Assembly: GCA_051362555.1 (NCBI GenBank)
Contig: CM120640.1
Span: 44,060,788-44,124,787, forward strand
Direction of reading: 5' to 3'
Length of the DNA: 64,000 bases
Source of the DNA: Lingula anatina
Taxonomy: Eukaryota; Animalia; Brachiopoda
Under the pieces are notes generated by a model. That model saw only the letters and a program-made list of their open reading frames with translations. It was not told the origin of the DNA and made no database searches. The position numbers and the translations under genes are program-made. This document shows, piece by piece, positions 1 through 12,375 of the stretch (positions are counted from its first letter, which is position 1; every line of letters begins with the position of its first letter).

Positions 1-99
1 AATAGAAAAGTGTCGTTCCCCACCCTGAGTGTGGTGGAAGTTCACCTTTATTGCCTATCGCAGCGGTCTCAATTAAAGTGACTTGAATTGAAGCGCGTT

Positions 100-222
100 G
101 CTATAGAGGAGAGTCACCGTCATAAAACGAAACTCGGGGTGAATTCCACTTAATTCTGCGAAAGTTCCACAGACGCGGTGCGTGTCTTAGGGTAATCAAG
201 GTTCTCTATCGTTATGGTAAGT
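100..222 (+). other. Candidate upstream non-coding exon ending at a consensus donor (start undefined)
   Basis: Relatively GC/CpG-rich window start followed by ATG|GTAAGT (donor at 217); a second AG|GTAAGT at about 283. Confidence 0.25.
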
Positions 223-3200
223 ATTTATTATTCAGGACCTTGACGTTATTTACCGATCGAAATTGTTGAGTGCCATAAATAGGTAAGTGAAAACCGGAAC
301 GTGACCGTTTGCCAGACGCGTTTTTTGTTGTCTTTAAGATAAAGGGTATCTGTACGCCTTCTTGGGTTTTGAGATTATGAACAGTGTTTTAATCCATATG
401 TTTGATGGCATCACGGGGATATAGATACATTTTTTAAACAAACGTGTTATAAGAGGAAGAATTAGGTAGGCCTACAATTCTGTCCCAGAAAGGTATCCAG
501 ATCTTATTGTCATTAAAATCCTTCAAGTATCAGTAGAAATGCCGTGGCCCTTGGCGTCCATTTCTACAAATTGCACCTCATTAGTCAGAGAAGAATTTCA
601 TCAGACTTTGAAAGACAAAATCCAGCGGAAACTAAGAGAACTGAAGAAAGCACCTCATTAGTAATGAACATGGACGGACTACGTGAGGGCGATCCTGTAA
701 GTAAACAAGAATGGTAAATTACAAATTTGCATGTGGAGAGAAAACCTCGTTTATCAACAAGGTTTCAATATGTGTTGAATATGTATTTATAGATTTTGAT
801 GAAATATTTTCTATCTCAATGTCAGTGATGGGATTAATTCCAAAATATTTACATAAACTTAAACCTCTTTTTTGTGTGCTCAATGGCGACAAATTACACA
901 ACGTGGGCCAATGTGACGTCTTCCTAGATCGATACAGCATCACTTTACACCGAAGTGACTTCCACATATTATGTGTTGGGTTTGTCTGGTTGCTTTCTGT
1001 ATGGAAGGGCAAACGGTTTTTAATCCTCATTACGTCAACAGCAATGCGCGACAGCCTGAGAAGTCCGCTTAATTATATTAGGGCTGTTTATAACCATCCA
1101 ATGCAATGTTATCCGATATTGCGCATAGGTAAGGTTATATGGTAGGAACTTAAATCAATCAAGTTAGTCTGTGTCAGGATAAAAGAAAAGCCCTGCCTAG
1201 GGCAATAATTCATTGTACGTCAACCAAAATGCCAGTGCCCCAAAATTTGTTATTAATGACTATTTGAAAGAAGCACGCATGTTTTATAATCATTAACAAA
1301 AACGTATTGCTTTTTTATTCTCAAATGGCAAGTTCTCCTAGACTTATAAAATCAAAGGACGGTTAAGAACAATTTTGTCATAAAAGGAAATGGAATCCCT
1401 CGCGGTTACAGATATTATATGTCAAAATGTATCAAAGCAAATAAGCCCAAATAAGGCCTGTCTGATATATAACTGGACCCTTGCTGGAAACAACAGCAAC
1501 GTTACGTCTTCCTCCTGAGTCTTGGCGGTCACCTTCCTAGACCAAAGGGTAGCATTGCTAGTCAAATGCTATCTATCTACCTATCTATCTATCTATCCCT
1601 GTCTGTCTGTCCAGCTGGCTCTTTCTCTTCCGTCTTACACACTTACAAACACACACAAACACATACACTTCAACTGGATGGTTTATAACTCCAATAAGCA
1701 TAACAAAACAGACAGTTGACTGCATGCGCCCTAGCTTTATTAATTCGTTTGTAGATATGTATATTGCATATTTTTTTCTTATAAAACAACATTTAAACAG
1801 TCAGTCAAAAATACCATAGGTAGATAGGTAGTTTTTCTTTAATGTGCCACTATAGAAAAACCGTGTCTTGGTTTAGGGTCCCACAACGTAGTTTGGTGTT
1901 GAATAATTAGGATAGATCTTACTTTAAGTTAACTGCATATGACGTTCAACATTGAGGTGTAGTTTGTTTGTAAATAACATGCTAAGGCCTTAGTTCTACC
2001 TCAACAATAAATAAGAGGGATGAAGGATGTAAGGAGGGTTTGTAGGTCCATTTTTGTACTACACGTGTGTTTGTTGCGATTTTACGTTTTCAATTTAATA
2101 ATAATGAAATACTTTGAATCGCCAATCATGACTCGTTGAATTTTATATTTATAAACAAAAATAATAATAACAATAGTCCCGTTTTTCACACTGCAAGTTA
2201 TATTTGATACATTTCAATAATAATAATAACAATAATAATAATAACAATTTGAAATGGCAGTGTTTCTACTGTACTTCATTGTATAATGCCTAGAACAGGG
2301 GTGTATGATATGAGATATATGAGATGTAGGATCAAAATTAAGTACTAGATCTAACGTAAAAATTGAAAGTCTTAGTAACTAATGACTGTGAATCGGTGTA
2401 ATAGGGATTTTCGACAGAAAGACATTGGCCATTATTGCGTTAAATAGCATAATGGCGGTTATATCTTCTTTGCAAGATATTTTGATCTACATGTAGAATT
2501 CAATCTAACCGCCAACCATGTACTCTAGAGCTTTGAAAAAGACAATTAAGGCGATGGATTTATCTCCTAATAAGCACCTACTTCACATTATTGTACTTTA
2601 GTTATTGGCTGAATGCTATTTTCCGCTACAAATTAGATCTATTCAAAGTAATTTCTTTCCCAATCCCAGTTCGCGTCCTAAATTCCTCATCATAATTGTC
2701 TTAACTTTTTCCAGTTTCTCATTAAACGCATCCCCTTCCTCTTAGACGGGATATTTAGCTAATATGTTCATCATTATTCCGTGGATCTTTTCTTTCCCTG
2801 TCCTTTTTTTTCAATTTCAACCCACAGTGCCCATTTAGTCGAGTTTAATTGTCTTTGGTGCCCTGATCGTAGATTACTGGAAATTCAAGGAAAGAATCTG
2901 ATTAAACCAATTAATACCCGAAAGAGGAGAAAAATGGCATTCTCGTGTAAAATCTGCGTCATCTGTAAAGGTGGCCATTATGCTGACAGGGTTTGATTTT
3001 CATTACCCAAGTTTTTCGGGAATCTGAATCTTGGATGTAATTTCGTGTTATTTCATCTGACCTCAAAGTTCAATGTTTTAACATTAAAATACACTGTAAT
3101 ATTCACCTTGATGACAACGATAATACATTGTAAGAGAAAGTCCCCTGTCAGCTTAAGATCCGAGAGTCCCCTTAGAATCCGTCCTCTCCTTCAGAGAGAT

Positions 3201-3410
3201 AGTACGTATACTTTTTGTCTTTATGATATCATAACAAATAGGCTTTGACATCATCAGCTAATTTACACGGTTCGCTACACTGTTGACTTAAACGAAAGCT
3301 GCTTCCTCTCGACCAGCCAATAACAAAGTCAAGTTTGTTGTGTATTGTCAGCAATTTTTTCCAGTTAAAAAACTTGAGTACGGCAGATTATTTATTTATA
3401 TATCCATTCC

Positions 3411-3441
3411 TTTGTTTGTTTGTTTGTTTGTTTGTTTGTTT
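3411..3441. repeat. (TTTG)n microsatellite
   Basis: Seven perfect units. Confidence 0.85.
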
Positions 3442-4882
3442 AGGAGGGAATTTTTCGGCGTATGATCATATCTGAAACCAAATTAAGCATATTGACTGAC
3501 ACTGTATAATCTAAAGGGCCAGAGCAGTCACCCTTCCAGGGGGAATGAGTTAACAAACTACTGAAACAAACGTGGTCATGTCAATAAGACATGCTTATAC
3601 AATATTCATTGTGCTTACTTTGTGTGACATGGGTGTTTTGTTAAAACTACATGTACAATGAAGGCGAGGCGTACTTGGACAAGAGTTAATTTTGCGCCAA
3701 ATGAGAAATTGCACAACGCGATGGATATGCTTATAGGGGCAAGATATTAATTGATAATTGAAACAGGTATGCTCATCCCGTCACGCTTTTTGGAGATTGA
3801 CGCACGTAATATCCTTTGTGCTTATTTTGCCTGATTGGAAACCCAACGAAAACATGACATATTCAAATTATAGATAAGCTCAGTCTCAATAAGAAGTCAT
3901 ACATACGCGATGAAACGATTTTGTCAGTCAGTTCCTTGTTCATGCACCCTCTCACGTGTTCTCTCCCCCTGTCTGTACTCCAACCATACACATACACGTA
4001 CAAACACCTCTGAGCGCGTGCGCGCGTGCACACACACTTACTCGACCCGCCTTGTTTAGACCAAAAGACATGTATCGACCGGATTTTCACAAACCATCTT
4101 CCATTTTCACATCATAAACTCCCACAATACTAATAACAGTCATTATATAAGGTGCACTTTTGGTCACATATATCGAAAACTAATTTCAGTAAGGCAGGCA
4201 AATGACGTAGTCTGCGACAATTTCACCAGAAAAGCACTAACTAGCACTGTAACCATAATAATACGCAAATAACAAACCCGGTAACTGCATTTACTGCCTT
4301 TGTCTGGCGAGAGATATACAGTACCAAAGATTTAATGGGTCTGACGCTTGCAACATTCTTCGGTGAATCCTTGGTGTTTAGATCAAGGCGATTCACGGTT
4401 TGAATGCCATGTCTCACGAGGGAAAACGACACGTTGATTGGGTTTAGGAAAGATCAAGACACATGATCGTGCCATTTATCATAGATAACAGAGGATTTAT
4501 TGCATAACGTGAGAAAGCCAAGTGTGTCTCTGAAATCGAAATGCTAGGAAACGAGGTGAAACTTTAATGGCTGTGTGTTATAAGACAAAGAGATACGTCT
4601 CTTTACTCCTACTATACGTTGTGTTATCGGGCAATTATTGGAGATAGGCTTTGAATAAAGAGGATGGGAACACAAAGTTTTCTCAGAGTCGATTTAGGTA
4701 TTACAGAAATGTAGTCTCACAATAGCAGCAACAGATCATAAGATGGATGACCGTGTGATAGCTGTCTTGGGTTTATGCATGTCGTTGAACTTCTCTTGGA
4801 TTTATTATTTTTTTCTGTCCTGTCAAATAACAATTCTGATTGACATACATATTATCTATTTCATCTCTTTATTTTTTTTTAG

Positions 4883-4937
4883 ATAGAGAAGCTTGGCATT
4901 GTCAGCGTGATCAGAAGAGACCCAGTTGCAGTTTAAG
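4883..4937 (+). other. Candidate 55-nt 5'-UTR exon of SK
   Basis: A long T-rich tract ending in AG at 4881-4882 and donor AAG|GTTAGT at 4938. No transcript evidence. Confidence 0.35.
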
Positions 4938-5416
4938 GTTAGTTTTTTCTTTTTTTTTTTTTACAATACTGCAGGATGGAGCTTTCATCCGTCTTTCTTT
5001 ATAACCGTGCGTGCGCACACGCGTGTCCTGCCGATCTTTTTCTTTGAAACTTCCATCAGCATGCAAACAATATTACCAGAGAGAATTGAAGAAGTGGGTA
5101 GGAAATCATGTTAGTTTCAGATGGAATACCACATGATGATCCTGCTCTTTAGAAAATCTTAATTTAGTTGTCACGAAACATTATTTTTTATTTCGCATTA
5201 AAGATGTGTTTAGACCTATTATCGACTTTAAACGTAACGTTCAACAATTTTGGTTTTCCTTATACTGTACATTCTTTCGTGGCTAAAACACCCTTGGTAC
5301 CTACCTATGTAAAATTTGAACCATACAGTTATTATGGTCTAATGTACATATATACATGTAACCATTTCAGACTAAACCCATTTTATATACATCTCTGACC
5401 GTCAGACGGACATTTC

Positions 5417-5967
5417 CAGGCCTACCCAACTACCAGACTCGGCACCTAAGGATCTTGAATTAACCGGTATATCGGACCACACTACCCGTTTTCAAGGTGT
5501 GTGTCAGATCGCATTTCGGAGTATCAGCCAGAACACCGACAGGATGAGCCCTGGCATGCTCGGCTGTCACCTTGATTGGATAGTAAACGATTGTTGTAAA
5601 ATCGCTATATGATTTTAAAACCGGGTGCATAAATTTGAAAGCCACCTAGATGAACCTTAGATTGCCACATTAATCTAATACAATGCAAAAAAGCCCTATC
5701 AAAAGTGGTTAAAACATTCAAACCGAATGTCGTAAAGTCCCCATATATCCCCATAGAGACAATAAAATAGAGTACTCTAAAGTAAGAGTACAGTTTAAGG
5801 TTGTTCAGCCGAGCGTGGATGAGCCCGCAGTCGTGCTACAAAATTTGTTCTCGGGTATGTTACACCGAAATGCGATCTGACACACACCTTGAAAACGGGT
5901 AGCGTGGTCCGATATACCGGTTAATTCAGGATCCTTAGGTCCCGAGTCTGGTAGTTGGGTAGGCCTG
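5417..5967. mobile_element. Non-autonomous DNA transposon (MITE), 551 bp, 103-bp TIRs, 5-bp TSD ATTTC; hAT5-like
   Basis: 5417-5519 is the reverse complement of 5865-5967 with 3 mismatches. Termini are CAGGCCTACC...GGTAGGCCTG, with ATTTC immediately on both sides (5412-5416, 5968-5972). Confidence 0.9.
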
Positions 5968-7480
5968 ATTTCATATGAATCCTCACTTGCAGGCTTACGT
6001 GTTTATCGTCCAGGTGATGTTAGGCAACGTTAACGAAATACAGTTTTGGTTGTTTGTGAGTGAAACTGCGCATTTTATTTAGATCAGATTACAAGGAAGT
6101 TTATGAAGATCTGTATACGACATTTGATTGTTACATGAACTTGCCAAAGAGTAGATTCGCTTAAAAATAGATATGAAAATATTTTTGTTCCGATAAAGGC
6201 ACCATCTTGCAAGTGCATCACCATTTTGTTTGCCAAACATACTCTTGATATTGTCGTTATCATGGCGACCAATTTACTGATTGGAGCTTGATCAATTCGG
6301 TCCATTATAAACTAGCCTTAGATGTTCTTGCTATCTTGAATAATGCGCTTATCAGTCATAGAAACTGGAAATGAAATCGATTCCATGATAGCTAAAACAA
6401 ATACCGGAAAAGGCACCATCAACGTTAGATCATGGTCTCCATTCAGGGTCGACTACGGTCTAGACTTAAATACAACATGGGTTATATACACCCTAACTTG
6501 ATGCTGCACATATGTTGATATTTTCCCCGGCTTATTATTGGTAATTGCTGCTTTTTCCATGCTTTTTATAGCGGATGTAAATCTTACTACTAGCTGCTGT
6601 ACATGTATATACAGTAGTTGTATAGTTGTATATTGGGCGAAAAACAACTTTAATCTGCCACCGCCTGGTGTGTATAATTTCTTTTGCAATTATCTCTGTA
6701 ACAATGCCATGATGCCTTGCCACACTGCGTGTTGCGTCCTCTCACCGGCATTCTTACAGAGAGAGTAATCAATTTGCCCGCCACATCTTATAATAGCGTC
6801 CCTTATTTGAGCCAATACACGCGCTGGCATCTGCCGGGGGGATCTCATCTGCATTTCGAAATTAAGGTCTTAAATTGGCGTTCTGTGACACTCCGACCAT
6901 TGTACAATTCTTCGTCTTTGGAATCTTAAAAGTGGAAATCAATTGGATTGCCATCTGGGGAATGGAGCGGCCAGCCATGCTTCTCACTGAATACAGACAA
7001 TAACTTGTTCAACATGATGTCTTGTTGATTTGGGATATTGCCCATCCTTATTGAAAATACAATTATATCTAGAAAGAAGGTGCATCGGTCAAATTTTATG
7101 CGGCAGACGTAATCGGTGAAAATCAGATGTAAGCCTCCTTTGGCAAGTCATTGCAATGTATTTGTCTTGTTTTTTGATAATAGACCTTAGTCCCAATATT
7201 CCAAACCAGCCTTCTTTCCTCTCAAGACGCTCATCATTTAAAAATGTAACGGGTTAGACAACTTTGGTCCATTTTTTCTTTTAGTTGAAATAAAAAAATT
7301 AACGAAATTTGTAGCTTCATAGACAAATAACCAAATCCTGTGTATTGGTTTGGCATTTGAAATAAAAGCCAAAAGTAGTTACAGCATTTCTAAAATAAGT
7401 TTCATATTGATTTTGCAGCATATGTACAAAGAGGTTTTTAAAGACTTATGAAAAAATCACTATATCTAGAGTCTGGTATT

Positions 7481-8145
7481 TAGTGTCAGTTTTCATAAAC
7501 GATTATGGCAACAAGAAGGTAGTGCCGTTTTATGAGAACGATTCTGGCATCCAAAAGCAATTCTGCTTCGGTCAAATATACAGGAAGTAAGGGAGAACGC
7601 ACGGAGGCCCCCAGGTGTCTCACTGCGATACACAATGAATTTAATAGCTACTTTTTCAAAAACAAAAATGGTTTTAGCAACAAGAAGCTGGTGTCATTTT
7701 TCAGAAACGTTTTTATGCCAGACAGAAACTAGTGTCGGCTTTCAAAAAAAAAAAAAAAAAAGATTTAGGCAACCGGAAGCAAGTATCGTTTTTCAGAAAA
7801 TATTAAGGGAGCCAGCAACTAGCCCTTTTTTTTTTTTTTTTTTTTGAAAAAATGGCAATTTAAAAATTGATTATCAGGGAGCTTGTCAATCAAATATATC
7901 GGTTTTATGTCGCCGGTGGATGCATGGATGTCTCACCGCTCTGCACGACAAATTTTATCGTCAGTGTTTTATTTTTCAAAAATGATTCTGGCACCCAGGC
8001 ACTAGTGTCGTTTTTTTCCAAAACTACTCAGGATGTCAAAAACCAGTGTCGTTTTTCAAGACGTCTTTCACCCAAACACTATTGTTGTTTTTCAAAGAAC
8101 GATTCTAGAAACCATGAACTACTGTCCTTTTTCACAAACGTTTAT
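7481..8145 (+). repeat. Degenerate ~38-41-bp minisatellite, about 12 units in three blocks
   Basis: Approximate consensus TAGTGTCGTTTTTCAAAAACGATTCTGGCAACCAGAAC. Units start near 7481, 7520, 7645, 7689, 7730, 7781, 7820, 7962, 8003, 8044, 8079 and 8120. Confidence 0.75.
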
Positions 8146-9185
8146 CTTCAAATCATTTCGAGATTGCAATGTCTAATAGGTTCATTATTTGGTAAAATTA
8201 CTAATCCCTGAAGTGCCCTGTTCTATTTGCGGTATGGTGTTCAGATATGGCATACAAATGAAATATTGCGACCTTCACAAAAATGTCTGTATAAAAACGG
8301 ACATTTATTTCTTTTCCTTATTGGAACAGATTTTTAAGCATATCCGATTCTGTTCATCTTCTGATTGCGATCTCGTTATATAGTTTTATAGTATTATTTT
8401 ATTATTATTATTGGTATTAAGTGTATTTTGGGACTTTGTGAGTAAATCAACTAATGATGTACATGTATCATTGGCTTAATACTAACTGCATGTTCTGTAC
8501 TTGGCACATTAAACTTATTATATCATACATATGTTGATTGGGCTATTTTTTGGATACAAATAAAGGTAATCACAGTCTCATTATTCTCATTTTTGTGGTA
8601 ACCGTTGTGCGTATATAGCATTATCAATTATAACCTAGAACATGCCGCCGAGTTTAGAAAATAGTTTTCGGACAACGTTAAAAAATATAACTCCCTCTGG
8701 GACAAGTGCACTTTGTGTGTTGAAGGTTACTTAGTGTTACTTATTAAATCAAAAGCGACACCTTGTCAAAAGCGACACCTTATTCGTGAGATGCTGTGCT
8801 TTAGATTCTACTGCTATGCATGGTAAACGTTTCAACTTCAGGATGTACGGTACGGCTAATAGGCTAATAAGATACAACCTGGACAACCTTATAGGAGACA
8901 TATCACGTTTTAAAGAACGTTGTCGCTTCTTCTGTCGGATGCGCTAAATATAAAACAAGTCCGAATAAAACTTTTACCCGAAGGCTAAATGTGTACAGGC
9001 TGTTATCCTCACCCGCCCGAACAGAATATTAAGTCTGTAACGGTACCAGCGAGGGTGCTTAGACATCTTGGATACGTATCTATAGGCCTATCATTTAGAA
9101 ATTTTTGCAACTGCTACTATATGATATGTCGTGTTGAGATGTCGTGTTTTTTTTTTAATTTCATCTTGAAAATGAAACACGATTG

Positions 9186-9370
9186 ATCTCTCGGGATTTC
9201 GCGCGACCACGCGCGATCTCGCGGGATTACACGCGATCTTGCAAATTTCGCATTTTTTTTTCTTTTCAAATGTGTCTTTTTTTTTTTTTCAATTTTTTTT
9301 TTTATTTTTGTGTGTGTGTGTGTGTTTTTTTTTTTTAATTTTTTTCGCTTGGCCCTCCTGGGATTCCATA
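9186..9370. repeat. CpG-rich ~10-bp repeat cluster plus low-complexity T/GT tract; probable transposon-end fragment
   Basis: Variants of CGCGATCTCG repeated over 9186-9242, then T/GT runs ending in cgcttggccctcctgggattccata. No partner end found. Confidence 0.4.
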
Positions 9371-12306
9371 ATATGTCTTGCGAACGCGTATTTTAATTAG
9401 ATAAGGACGTCAAAAAGTCTCGAACTCTATTCCCATGAACCTGTGAAGATCTTATCTATGATCGGTCGGTAACTGTTCGCTATTAGGGAAAGTTACTCAC
9501 CTGAGCAAATAAACAGAGCTACACTGATTCACACCTGTGCCTACTAAGCACTCCTGATCATGTGAGTTGCTTAAAATGTGAAATTTAAATTGAAGGCACA
9601 ACAATTCACTGGTTTACTGGTCTACCAAATTTGTCAGTTTTAGTCACTTTTATGGGCGTAATTGTACAGTTAGTGATTACATTGCAAGGTCAGCTCATCT
9701 GTCTATCTATCTATCAATGCCTGCAGAGACATTATACGAACGTTTTTCCTACAAGAAAACGTCAAGAGTGTGTTTTATTTGACATGGTGGGTAAACTTGG
9801 TAGAGGTGCCCGACGCTCGCCATTGAAAAGCGTGCTAGATGAGAATGCGTTTCACCTAACACAATCCGTCTTTAAGATCTGTTTCACTCTTTGTCTGGAG
9901 ACTCCTTGTCAAACACATCCATCTAGGCCAACCGTTCAGCTGTGCAAAGTCGTAATTATGAGTAAAATATCAGCTATTTTTAGACACTTACAAGTTGCAT
10001 TTTCCCTGGGATGACTTGCCATTGAGATACAGTACTATTTCTCGTAGCAACTGGATAAGGTTATGCATATTATTCAACATACCTACCCCTGTACTACCTA
10101 AATACTTGGGCAAGCCTTTGTGGAATCTCGAACGGAATGCAGTTAAATGAAGCAGCAGGCTAACGAATTGAGTTGAAAGGTTACGTGGAAATAATTGCCG
10201 TTGCCTTACCTTACGATGACCTACAGTACCTTCGTTTTGGTCTCGAATGGCAATGCCAGTGGTACTGTCGTAAATAAACCCAGAAATATAGCTTTTTTCC
10301 ATATGCTCAAGTACTTTGTTATACTTCGTGTGCTATTTTAGCTACTTTCAAGCAGCGGAGAGCGATCAGTTCACATACATGTAGTTTGGTAAATACTCGT
10401 GATGTGTTTATAATGTGAAAATAAACTGTGTTATCCTCCACCGCATAAAGTCCATGTTCTTCGTGACACGTGTACTTTTGGCAGAATTAAGCTGGGAATT
10501 TTGTGTTGGAATCTTAAGGTACAAGTGCGCATCTCGGGTGAAAATCCTTTTTTTTTTGTATTTTTAAGATCATATAGTATCGCCTTGGCAGGATAAGTCC
10601 TCGTTTTTGTCCAATAAAAATAATTCTTTTTTATTGAAATTCAAAAATCTATTCCAAAATAGTTTCATAAACAAAATTCCACAATCGAAGAAGGAGGCAG
10701 AGACATGAAAAACAAATGATAAAAAAATTAAATTATGATACATGTAATACCAACGTCTGTACACCAACTGCTTCAACCTGGTCAACCTTAGTCACATCTA
10801 AACACGTTTTACAATAAAATAAATGGTCGTTAAACAAGTTCTCCAAAAAGTAAAGAAATACATGCAGTCCTATACACAGGATGTTTTCAGATTCTTATCT
10901 AGAAAAGACAAGAAAAGTATTTCGCCCAGTGCGTGTAAGTTGAAAATTCTGTCTTATTTATACAGCATGCTATATATACACATCTTTGTACGTGCACACA
11001 CGTGCTGCGCGTATGGACAAAGGTTACGTGAAATATATAGACAGCCTATTACAGTCGTTTCAAGGTAGTTTTACCAAGGTAGTTTTATCTACATAAACAC
11101 TCGCAAATGCCTCTAAAATGATAACAGAAACGCACAGGTCATTGGTGTGGTTGGTTTATCGAACGAAGTAAGGAAACCAAATCTTGGCATATTTCTTTGC
11201 TCCTCTTATCACTGACATAGTACGACAAATTCCAATTATTCAAGTTTTCCAGGGTGAAACGATTTATCTCACCTTGGCAGTTGGCACCGGCATCTCATAG
11301 AAATGTTATTTTCCTAGACTGGTGCATATTCATAGCTTCGGCAGCTACCGATCAAACTGAATAATTTAGCGTTGTCAATATATTGCCTATTGCAGGAAGC
11401 GTAATGAACAGATTTGTCATTACAAATTATCGCTCTTTGTGATAAAAGGTCACAGGTTTGCTTTGAAATTGTCCCATAGCTCTTATCTCTACATGTAGGA
11501 GAGAAGTCCAAACTGACTGTATCCTTATTTCTGTACCGTTTGCATGATATGTATTTAGTTAACGCAGTGATTATGACAATAATGAATGCACAGCTCATCA
11601 AATTTACTAAGAAACGGTGGGTAGTTTAATTATTTCCCGATAATACAAAGTGATGAGGAATGACGTAACGTCCGGTCGAAAACTTCATTAGTCCTGAGTG
11701 AGATTTCAATATACTTCATTCCTGAGATTGATGGAATTACCAGGAAATTGTGCTGGCAATCTAAGGAATAACACTGAATAGAAAAAAAATCTAATAAGAG
11801 AGAGAGAGAGAGGGAGATAGCTAGATTCAATGGAAACTAAGATCGATTTGTGTTTTACTGACAATAAGCACTTAATGACCAGTAGTATTTATATTCTTGT
11901 AGACGTTTGGCAGTTTTGTATCAATAAGGCAAAAGTAAAACATTTTTTCTTATATACATGTGATAATATCACACAGAACGAAGTTGAAAGCGTGCAGCGG
12001 TAATTGCAGTACTTTGTACATAGAGACACGCTTTCAGACACGTGACTGTTAAATAGCATATCTTGTATGCTAGTTTATTGTGTATAAATGGGGGCGGGGG
12101 TGCATGTTCTAATTTAAAAAAATAGTGTAAAATGTATCTTCACTTAATTTTTGTAGTATATATACACCTTTACGGGTTCTTCTATTCTTCCTTTTTTATT
12201 AATTTCTTTCTGCATGATACACGCACAGTTTGAAGGTCTTTTATTTAATGCAAATTACCTTTTGAGGTATGCCATTATATTTGCCTCTCTAACCAAATTA
12301 CTGAAG

Positions 12307-12375
12307 TTGAATGTCGTATAGTGGTCTGGTATGCGGTTGTGGTCGCATTTGCCGTCACGTTCCTGTATCAATTGA
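12307..12375 (+). pseudogene. Possible tRNA-His(GTG)-derived fragment (pseudogene or SINE head)
   Basis: TCGTATAGTGGT matches the D-arm of metazoan tRNA-His as I recall it, followed by an ATGCG-gttgtggt-CGCAT stem-loop containing GTG. The acceptor stem and T-arm are not intact. Confidence 0.3.

Noticed and set aside
711-1145. 144-aa ORF and the overlapping antisense ORF
   Set aside because: No recognisable domain or splice context; compatible with chance ORFs.
7481-8145. CRISPR-like appearance of the repeat array
   Set aside because: Eukaryotic context; units are contiguous and diverged, without regular unique spacers or cas genes.
8749-8781. Short 14-17-bp tandem duplications (also at about 11060, 21369 and 50501)
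   Set aside because: Ordinary slippage duplications with no further structure.
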